In this document: piece by piece, positions 10,701 to 22,700 of the stretch
Layout: each line of letters begins with the position of its first letter
Numbering within the stretch: the first letter of the stretch is position 1
Assembly: GCA_012295275.1 (NCBI GenBank)
Contig: CM022671.1
Coordinates: 9,548,001 to 9,612,000 of the forward strand
Source: Chrysomallon squamiferum
Taxonomy: Eukaryota; Animalia; Mollusca
Length of the DNA stretch: 64,000 nt
Reading direction: 5' to 3'
The notes under the pieces: model-generated
Seen by the model: only the letters and a program-made list of their open reading frames with translations
The model's database searches: none
What the model was told of the DNA's origin: nothing
Translations under genes and position numbers: made by a program

Positions 10701-13700
10701 TAACATTAAAACAAATACAAAATTAATTCCATCTGTACTAGTGTTACTCTCATTACTATCATTATCATAATAATTCTCATTATTCTCTTTGATAGTGACG
10801 ATGATGACATTGATGTCATCATTGTTATTTCTCTTGTTAATAGCTGTATGATTCTCATCATCAGTATTATCACTATTACTATTTTCATTATTGATGTAAA
10901 AAATTTTACTCTTATTGAAATTAATTTATTTCATTTTATTTTAATAACTTTTTCTAAAGCAAATACTTTTATTTTTCACTTTTTAGTAACTTGTTCTTTA
11001 CAAAATGTGCAGGCATTTCTGTTTACCATTTCGGTGATGTCCTTCGACTACACCATTCTTAAGCAGACGGTGCATGTGTGGATTCTCCTCTTCAGCCTCC
11101 TCTTCGGTTTCCTCTTCTCATCCTGAGAAAACAAACCGTACAAATGTCGTTATTTCATTTAACAAACATTAAAACAAATACAAAATTAATTCCATGACTA
11201 CTAGTGTTACTCTTATTGTTTTAATCATATTGTTCTTAAATTCTGCTTCATGATGGTGATGATGTTTTTAATTAAATTTACTACTATCACTATCAATATT
11301 ATTTTTTATTTTTAATATTATTTTTTTTTTTTTTTAATTTCTTTTCATTTTATTTGAATTTTTTTTTTAAAGCAAAAATTTTTTTTTTCCAATTTTTTAT
11401 TAATTTGTTCTTTACAAAATGTACAGACATTTCTGTTTACCATTTCGGTGATTTCCTTGACTCCTTCGACTACACCATTCTTAATCAGAAGGTGCATGTG
11501 TAGATTTCTTCTCTTCAGTTTCCTCTTCTCATCCTGAGAAAACAAACCGTAAAAAAAATATCGTTATTTCATTTAACAAACATTAAAACAAATACAAAAT
11601 TAATTCCATGACTACTAGTGTTACTCTTATTGTTTTAATCATATTGTTCTTAAATTCTGCTTCATGATGGTGATGATGTTTTTAATTAAATTTACTACTA
11701 TCACTATCAATATTATTTTTACTAATATTATTACTATTAATTAATTTCTTTCATTTTATTTGAATTACTTTTTTCAAGCAAATATTTCTTTTTCCAATTT
11801 TTATTAATTTGTTCTTTACGAAATGTACAGACATTTCTGTTTACCATTTCGGTGATGTCCTTCGACTACACCATTCTTAAGCAGAAGGTGCATGTGTAGA
11901 TTCTTCTCTTCAGCTTCCTCTTCTCATCCAGAAGGCATTTCTGTTTTCCATTTCGGTGATATCCTTCGACTACACCATTCTTAAGCAGATGGTGCATGTG
12001 TGGGTTCTCCTCTTCGGTTTCGTCTTCTCATCCTGAGAAAACAAACCGTAGAAATGTCATTATTTCATTTAACAAACATTAAAACAAATACAAAATTAAT
12101 TCCATGACTACTAGTGTTACTCTCATTACTATCATTATCATAATAATTCTCATTATTCTCTTTGATAGTCTCGATGATGACATTGATGTCATCATTGTTA
12201 TTTCTCTTGTTAATAACTGTATGATTCTCATCATGAGTTTTATCACTATTACTATTTTCATTATTGATGAAAAAAATTTTACTCTTATTGAAATTAATTT
12301 ATTTCATTTTATTTTAATAACTTTTTCTAAAGCAAATACTTTATTTTTCACTTTTTAGTAACTTGTTCTTTACAAAATGTGCAGGCATTTCTGTTTACCA
12401 TTTCGGTGATGTCCTTCGACTACACCATTCTTAAGCAGACGGTGCATGTGTGGATTCTCCTCTTCAGCCTCCTCTTCGGTTTCCTCTTCGGTTTCCTCTT
12501 CGGTTTCCTCTTCTCATCCTGATAAAACAAACCGTAGAAATGTCGTTATTTCATTTAACAAACATTAAAACAAATACAAAATTAATTCCATGACTACTAG
12601 TGTTACTCTTATTGTTTTAATCATATTGTTCTTAAATTCTGCTTCATGATGGTGATGATGTTTTTAATTAAATTTACTACTATCACTATCAATATTATTT
12701 TTACTAATATTATTACTATTAATTTCTTTCATTTTATTTGAATTACTTTTTTCAAGCAAATATTTATTTTTCCAATTTTTATTAATTTGTTCTTTACGAA
12801 ATGTACAGACATTTCTGTTTACCATTTCGGTGATGTCCTTCGACTACACCATTCTTAATCAGAAGGTGCATGTGTAGATTCTTCTCTTCAGCTTCCTCTT
12901 CTCATCCTGAGAAAACAAACCGTAAAAATGTCTATATTTCATTTCACAAACATTAAAACAAATACAAATTTAATTCCGTCATTAATAGTGTTACCTTCAT
13001 TACTATCATCATCATGATAATTCTTAATATTCTCTTTGATAATGATGATGATGACGTTGATGTCATCGTTGTTATTGCTCTGTTAACTGTATGATTGTCA
13101 TCATCAGTATTCTCACTATTACTATTTCTTTTCATTCTAAACATTTTACTCCCATTAAAATTAATTTATTTCTTTTTATTTTAATACTTTTTCTACCATT
13201 TCGATGATGTCCTTCGACTACACCATTCTTAACCAGAAGGTGCATATGTAGATTCTCCTCTTCTGTTTCCTCTTCTCATCCAGAAGGCATTTCTGTTTTC
13301 CATTTCGGTGATGTCCTTCGACTACACCATTCTTAAGCAGATGGTGCATGTGTGGATTCTCCTCTTCGGTTTTGTCTTCTGATCCTGAGTAAACAAACCG
13401 TAGAAATGTCATTATTTCCTTTAACTAACATTAAAACAAATACAAAATTAATTCCATCTGTACTAGTGTTACTCTCATTACTATCATTATCATAATAATT
13501 CTCATTATTCTCTTTGATAGTGACGATGATGACATTGATGTCATCATTGTTATTTCTCTTGTTAATAGCTGTATGATTCTCATCATCAGTATTATCACTA
13601 TTACTATTTTCATTATTGATGTAAAAAAATTTTTACTCTTATTGAAATTAATTTATTTCATTTTATTTTAATAACTTTTTCTAAAGGAAATACTTTTATT

Positions 13701-16700
13701 TTTCACTTTTTAGTAACTTGTTCTTTACAAAATGTGCAGGCATTTCTGTTTACCATTTCGGTGATGTCCTTCGACTACACCATTCTTAAGCAGACGGTGC
13801 ATGTGTGGATTCTCCTCTTCAGCCTCCTCTTCGCTTTCCTCTTCGGTTTCCTCTTCTCATCCTGATAAAACAAACCGTAGAAATGTCGTTATTTCATTTA
13901 ACAAACATTAAAACAAATACAAAATTCCACGACTACTGGTGTTACTCTTATTGTTTTAATCATATTGTTCTTAAATTCTGCTTCATGATGGTGATGATGT
14001 TTTTAATTAAATTTACTACTATCACTATCAATATTATTTTTACTAATATTATTACTATTAATTTCTTTCATTTTATTTCAATTACTTTTTTCAAGCAAAT
14101 ATTTCTTTTTCCAATTTTTATTAATTTGTTCTTTACAAAATGTACAGACATTTCTGTTTACCATTTCGGTGATGTCCTTCGACTACACCATTCTTAAGCA
14201 GAAGGTGCATGTGTAGATTCTTCTCTTCAGCTTCCTCTTCTCATCCTGAGAAAACAAGCCGTAAAAATGTCTATATTTCATTTCACAAACATTAAAACAA
14301 CTACAAATTTAATTCCGTCATTAATAGGTGTTACCTTCATTACTATCATCATCATGATAATTCTTAATATTCTCTTTGATAATGATGATGATGACGTTGA
14401 TGTCATCGTTGTTATTGCTCTGTTAACTGTATGATTGTCATCATCAGTATTCTCACTATTACTATTTCATTTTTATTCTAAACATTTTACTCCCATTAAA
14501 ATTAATTTATTTCTTTTTATTTTAATACTTTTTCTACCATTTCGATGATGTCCTTCGACTACACCATTCTTAACCAGAAGGTGCATATGTAGATTCTCCT
14601 CTTCTGTTTCCTCTTCTCATCCAGAAGGCATTTCTGTTTTCCATTTCGGTGATGTCCTTCGACTACACCATTCTTAAGCAGATGGTGCATGTGTGGATTC
14701 TCCTCTTCGGTTTTGTCTTCTGATCCTGAGTAAACAAACCGTAGAAATGTCATTATTTCCTTTAACTAACATTAAAACAAATACAAAATTAATTCCATCT
14801 GTACTAGTGTTACTCTCATTACTATCATTATCATAATAATTCTCATTATTCTCTTTGATAGTGACGATGATGACATTGATGTCATCATTGTTATTTCTCT
14901 TGTTAATAGCTGTATGATTCTCATCATCAGTATTATCACTATTACTATTTTCATTATTGATGTAAAAAATTTTACTCTTATTGAAATTAATTTATTTCAT
15001 TTTATTTTAATAACTTTTTCTAAAGCAAATACTTTTATTTTTCACTTTTTAGTAACTTGTTCTTTACAAAATGTGCAGGCATTTCTGTTTACCATTTCGG
15101 TGATGTCCTTCGACTACACCATTCTTAAGCAGAAGGTGCATGTGTGCATGTGTGGATTCTCCTCTTCAGCCTCTTCAGTTTCGGTTTCCTCTTCTCATCC
15201 TGAGAAAACAAACCGTAGAAATGTCGTTATTTCATTTAACAAACATTAAAACAAATACAAAATTAATTCCATGACTACTAGTGTTACTCTTATTGTTTTA
15301 ATCATATTGTTCTTAAATTCTTCTTCATGATGATGATGATGTTGATCAAATTTATTTTTAACTATAAATTTACTATCAATATTATCACTATTAATTTTAT
15401 TTTTATTATTATTATTACTTTAATTTCTTTCATTTTATTTTATTACTTTTTTTTTAAAGCAAATATTTTTTTTCCAATTTTTATTAATTTGTTCTTTACA
15501 AAATGTACAGACATTTCTGTTTACCATTTCGGTGATGTCCTTCGACTACACCATTCTTAAGCAGAAGGTGCATGTGTAGATTCTTCTCTTCAGTTTCCTC
15601 TTCTCATCCTGAGAAAACAAGCCGTAAAAATGTCTATATTTCATTTCACAAACATTAAAACAAATACAAATTTAATTCCGTCATTAATAGTGTTACCTTC
15701 ATTACTATCATCATCATGATAATTCTTAACATTCTATTTGATAATGATGATGATGACGTTGATGTCATCGTTGTTATTGCTCTGTTAACTGTATGATTGT
15801 CATCATCAGTATCAATTATTACTATTTTTTTTTATTCTAAACATTTTACTCCCATTTTTTAATTTATTTTTTTTTTATTTTAATACTTTTTCTACCATTT
15901 CGATGATGTCCTTCGACTACACCATTCTTAACCAGAAGGTGCATATGTTGATTCTCCTCTTCTGTTCCCTCTTCTCATCCAGAAGGCATTTCTGTTTTCC
16001 ATTTCGGTGATGTCCTTCGACTACACCATTCTTAAGCAGATGGTGCATGTGTGGATTCTCCTCTTCGGTTTTGTCTTCTCATCCTGAGAAAACAAACCGT
16101 AGAAATGTCATCATTATTTCCTTTAACTAACATTAAAAAAAAAACAAAACAAAATTAATTCCATCTTTACTAGTGTTTTTTCATTACTATCATTATCATA
16201 ATAATTCTCATTATTCTCTTTGATAGTGACGATGATGACATTGATGTCATCATTGTTATTTCTCTTGTTAATAGCTGTATGATTCTCATCATCAGTATTA
16301 TCACTATTACTATTTTCATTATTAATGTAAAAAATTTTACTCTTATTGAAATTAATTTATTTCATTTTATTTTAATAACTTTTTCTAAAGCAAATACTTT
16401 TATTTTTCACTTTTTAGTAACTTGTTCTTTACAAAATGTGCAGGCATTTCTGTTTACCATTTCGGTGATGTCCTTCGACTACACCATTCTTAAACAGATG
16501 GTGCATGTGTGGATTCTCCTCTTCAGCCTCCTCTTCGGTTTCCTCTTCTCATCCTGAGAAAACAAACTGTAGAAATGTCTTTATTTCATTTAACAAACAT
16601 TAAAACAAATACAAAATTAATTCCATGACTACTAGTGTTACTCTTATTGTTTTAATCATAATTATATTATTTTTTAATCATATTGTTCTTAAATTCTCCT

Positions 16701-19700
16701 TCATGATGGTGATGATGTTCAAATTTAAATTTATTACTACTACTATCACTATCAATATTATTTTTTATTAATATTATTACTATTAATTTCTTTCATTTTA
16801 TTTTAATTTTTTTTAAAGCAAATATTTTTTTTTTCATTTTTTATTAATTTGTTCTTTACAAAATGTACAGACATTTCTGTTTACCATTTCGGTGATGTCC
16901 TTCGACTACACCATTCTTAAGCAGAAGGTGCATGTGTAGATTCTTCTCTTCTTCAGTTTCCTCTTCTCATCCTGAGAAAACAAACCGTAAAATTTTATTA
17001 TTTCATTTAACAAACTTTAAAACAAATACAAATTTAATTCCATCATTAATAGTGTTACCATCATTACTATCATCATCATGATAATTCTTAATATTCTCTT
17101 TGATGATGATGATGTTGACGTTGATGTCATCATTGTTATTGCTCTGTTAACTGTTGATGATCATCATAATATAAAAAACTTCATCATTACTATTTCATTA
17201 TTATTACTTTTTTTATTTAATTTTTAAACATTTTTTTATTTTAAAATTATTTATTTATTTTTATTAAAATTATTTTATTTCTCATTTTGATTTTTCGACT
17301 GTTTTTTTAAACCAGAAAATATTTTTTTTTCAGTTTTTTTCTTCTTGTTTTTATTCTCATCCAGAAGGCATTTCTGTTTTTCCATTTCGGTGATGTCCTT
17401 CGACTACACCATTCTTAAGCAGAAGGTGCATGTGTAGATTCTCCTCTTCAGTTTCGTCTTCTCATCCTCAGAAAACAAACCGTAGAAATGTTATTATTTC
17501 ATTTTAACAAACTTTAAAACAAATACAAAATTAATTCCATCATTACTAGTGTTACTCATCATTACTATCATCATCATAATAATTCTCATTATTCTCTTTC
17601 AATCTGATGATGATGATGATGACATTGATGTCATCATTGTTATTTTGTTCTTGCGAACTTCATTATTTTCATCATTATTATCACTATTACAATTATTATT
17701 ATTATAATTATTATTTTATTATTAAAATTAATTTATCTCATTTTAAAAATTTTTTTTTAAAGCAAATATTTTTTTTTTTTTCATTTTTTTTTAACTTCTT
17801 TTTTAAAAAATGTACAAGCATTTTATTTTTTACCATTTTTGATTTCCTTGTTTTTACACCATTCTTTAAGCAAAGGTGCATGTGCATTTTTCTGTTTCTG
17901 TTTTTCATTTTAGGTGATGTCCTTCGACTACACCATTCTTAAACAGATGGTGCATGTGTGGATTCTCCTCTTCAGCCTCCTCTTTGGTTTTCTCTTCGGT
18001 TTCCTCTTCGGTTTCCTCTTCTCATCCTGAGAAAACAAACTGTAGAAATGTCTTTATTTCATTTAACAAACATTAAAACAAATACAAAATTAATTCCATG
18101 ACTACTAGTGTTACTCTTATTGTTTTAACATATTGTTCTTAAATTCTGCTTCATGATGGTGATGATGTTTTTAATTAAATTTACTACTATCACTATCAAT
18201 ATTATTTTTACTAATATTATTACTATTAATTTCTTTCATTTTATTTCAATTACTTTTTTCAAGCAAATATTTCTTTTTCCAATTTTTATTAATTTGTTCT
18301 TTACAAAATGTACAGACATTTCTGTTTACCATTTCGGTGATGTCCTTCGACTACACCGTTCTTAAGCAGAAGGTGCATGTGTAGATTCTTCTCTTCAGCT
18401 TCCTCTTCTCTTCCTGAGAAAACAAGCCGTAAAAATGTCTATATTTCATTTCACAAACATTAAAACAAATACAAATTTAATTCCATCATTAATAGTGTTA
18501 CCTTCATTACTATCATCATCATGATAATTCTTAATGTTCTCTTTGATAATGATGATGTTGACGTTGATGTCATCGTTGTTCTTGCTCTGTTAACTGTATG
18601 ATTGTCATCATAAGTATTCTCACTATTACTATTTCATTTTTATTCTAAACATTTTACTCCCATTAAAATTAATTTATTTCATTTTATTTTAATGCTTTTT
18701 CTACCATTTCGATGATGTCCTTCGACTGCACCATTCTTAACCAGAAGGTGCATATGTAGATTCTCCTCTTCTGTTTCCTCTTCTCATCCAGAAGGCATTT
18801 CTGTTTTCCATTTCGGTGATGTCGTTCGACTACACCATGCTTAAGCAGAAGGTGCATGTGTAGATTCTCCTCTTCGGTTTCGTCTTCTCATCCTGAGAAA
18901 ACAAACCGTAGAAATGTCATTATTTCCTTTAACTAACATTAAAACAAATACAAAATTAATTCTATCTTTACTAGTGTTACTCTCATTACTATCATTATCA
19001 TAATAATTCTCATTATTCTCTTTGATAGTGACGATGATGACATTCATGTCATCATTGTTATTTCTCTTGTTAATAGCTGTATGATTCTCATCATCAGTAT
19101 TATCACTATTACTATTTTCATTATTAATGTAAAAAATTTTCCTCTTATTGAAATTAATTTCTTTCATTTTATTTTAATAACTTTTTCTAAAGCAAATACT
19201 TTTATTTTTCACTTTTTAGTAACTTGTTCTTTACAAAATGTGCAGGCATTTCTGTTTACCATTTCGGCGATGTCCTTCGACTACACCATTCTTAAACAGA
19301 TGGTGCATGTGTGGATTCTCCTCTTCAGCCTCCTCTTCGGTTTCCTCTTCGGTTTCATCCTGAGGTTTCCTCTTCTCATCCTGAGAAAACAAACTGTAGA
19401 AATGTCTTTATTTCATTTAACAAACATTAAAACAAATACAAAATTAATTCCATGACTACTAGTGTTACTCTTACTGTTTTAAACATATTATTCTTAAATT
19501 CTGCTTCATGATGGTGATGATGTTTTTAATTAAATTTACTACTATCACTATCAATATTATTTTTACTAATATTATTACTATTAATTTCTTTCATTTTATT
19601 TCAATTATTTTTTTCAAGCAAATATTTCTTTTTCCATTTTTTATTAATTTGTTCTTTACACATGTACAGACATTTCTGTTTACAGACATTTCTGTTTACC

Positions 19701-22700
19701 ATTTCGGTGATGTGTCCTTCGACTACACCATTCTTAAGCAGAAGGTGCATGTGTAGATTAATTTCTCTTCAGCTTCTTCTTTCTCTTCCTGAGAAAACAA
19801 GCCGTAAAAATGTCTATATTTCATTTCACAAACATTAAAACAAATACAAATTTAATTCCATCATTAATAGTGTTACCTTCATTACTATCATCATCATGAT
19901 AATTCTTAATATTCTCTTTGATAATGATGATGTTGACGTTGATGTCATCGTTGTTCTTGCTCTGTTAACTGTATGATTGTCATCATAAGTATTCTCACTA
20001 TTACTATTTCATTTTTATTCTAAACATTTTACTCCCATTAAAATTAATTTATTTCATTTTTATTTTAATTTTTTTTCTACCATTTCGATGATGATGTCCT
20101 TCGACTACACCATTCTTAACCAGAAGGTGCATATGTAGATTCTCCTCTTCTGTTTCCTCTTCTCATCCAGAAGGCATTTCTGTTTTCCATTTCGGTGATG
20201 TCCTTCGACTACACCATTCTTAAGCAGATGGTGCATGTGTAGATTCTCCTCTTCGGTTTCGTCTTCTCATCCTGAAAAAACAAACCGTAGAAATGTCATT
20301 ATTTCTTTTTTTAACAAACATTAAAACAAATACAAAATTAATTCCATCTTTACTAGTGTTACTCTCATTACTATCATTATCATAATAATTCTCATTATTC
20401 TCTTTGATAGTGACGATGATGACATTCATGTCATCATTGTTATTTCTCTTGTTAATAGCTGTATGATTCTCATCATCATTATTATTACTATTACTATTTT
20501 CATTATTATCAAAATTTTAGTTTTTTACTATTATTAAAATTAATTTATTTCATTTTATTTTTATTAACTTTTTTCTAAAGCAAATACTTTTTTTTTTTCA
20601 TTTTTAGTAACTTGTTCTTTACAAAATGTGCAGGCATTTCTGTTTACCATTTCGGCGATGTCCTTCGACTACACCATTCTTAAACAGATGGTGCATGTGT
20701 GGATTCTCCTCTTCAGCCTCCTCTTCGGTTTCCTCTTCTCATCCTGAGAAAACAAACCGTAGAAATGTCGTTATTTCATTTAACAAACATTAAAACAAAT
20801 ACAAAATTAATTCCATGACTACTAGTGTTACTCTTACTGTTTCAAACATATTATTCTTAAATTCTGCTTCATGATGGTGATGATGTTTTTAATTAAATTT
20901 ACTACTATCACTATCAATATTATTTTTACTAATATTATTACTATTAATTTCTTTCATTTTATTTGAATTACTTTTTTCAAGCAAATATTTCTTTTTCCAA
21001 TTTTTATTAATTTGTTCTTTACGAAATGTACAGACATTTCTGTTTACCATTTCGGTGATGTCCTTCGACTACACCATTCTTAAGCAGAAGGTGCATGTGT
21101 AGATTCTCTTCAGTTTTCGTCTGCTCGTCCTGGGAAAATAAACCGTAGAATTGTCTATATTTCTTTTAACAAACATTATAACAAATACAAATTTAATTCC
21201 ATCATTACTAGTGTTACATCGTCATTACTATCATCATCATTATAATTATTATTATTCTCTTTGATAATTGATGATGATGATGATGTTGATGTCATCATTG
21301 TTATTGCTCTTGTTAACTGTATGATTGTCATCATCAGTATTATCACTATTTTAGTTTGATTACTATTATTAAAATTAATATATTTCATTTGATTTTTATT
21401 ACTTTTTCTAAAGGAAATAATTTTATTTTTCACTTTTTATTAACTTGTTCTTTACAAAATGTGCAGGCATTTCTGTTTACCATTTCGGTGATGTCCTTCG
21501 CCTACACCATTCTTAAGCAGAAGGTGCATGTGTAGACATCAATATGTCTACGTTAAAATGGATACATGCCAACTGAAATGGCAGAAATCCGAGGAAAATG
21601 AAAAACCCATTCCTGGCTTCATCTCTTTACCATTCAGATGACGTCTCTCTCCTGCAGCGCTCTTTCACCTTCTTCACCTGTGAGATCTATGGATTATAAA
21701 GCAGAACATGCATGTGTAGACATCAGTATTAAGAGTCTGATGCCTACGTTAAAATAAATACACGCCCACCCAAATGCCGGCAAACCCCAAAAAATTAAAA
21801 ACCTATTCCTGATTTCAGCTGTGTATTCCTGTCTTCATTTTCCTCTTCTCATCCTGTGAAAACAAATCTAAAAATGTCAGAAGTTCATATAACAAACATT
21901 AAAACAAATACAAAATTAATTCCATGACTACTAGTATTACACTTATTGTTTTAATCATATTGTTATTAAATTCTCCTTCATCGTGGTGATGTTTTTAAAT
22001 TTAATAATCACTACTATCACTATCAATATTAGTTTTATTAATATTATTACTATTAATTTCTTTCATTTAATTTTAATTAGCTTTTTAAAGCAAATATTTC
22101 TTTTTCACTTTTTATTAATTTGTTCTTTACAAAATGTACAGGCATTTCTGTTTACCATTTCGGTGATGTCCTTTCACTACACCATTCTTAAGCAGAAGGT
22201 GCATGTGTAGATTCTCCTCTTCAGTTTCGTCTTCTCATCCTCAGAAAACAAACCGTAGAAATTTTATTATTTCATTTAACGAACTTTAAAACAAATACAA
22301 ACTTAATTCCATCATCATTAGTGTTACCATCATTACTATCATCATCATGATAATTCTTACTAATCTCTTCAATCTGATGATGATGACGATGACGTTGTGT
22401 CATCACTGTTATTGCTCTTGCTAACTTCATTATTGCCATCATCAGTATTATCACTATTACAATTTTGATTATTATTGTAAAATTATTACTATTATTAAAA
22501 TTAATTTATCTCATTTTATTTTAATTACTTTTTTTAAAGCAAATATCTTTTTTTTTTCAGTTTAGATAAACTTGTTCTTTACAAAATCTATAAGCATTTC
22601 TGTCTACCATTTCGGTGATGTCCTTCGCTTACACCATTCTTAAGCAGAAGGTGCATGTGCAGATTTCCCTGTCCTGTTTCTTCTTCTAATCCTGAAGGAA

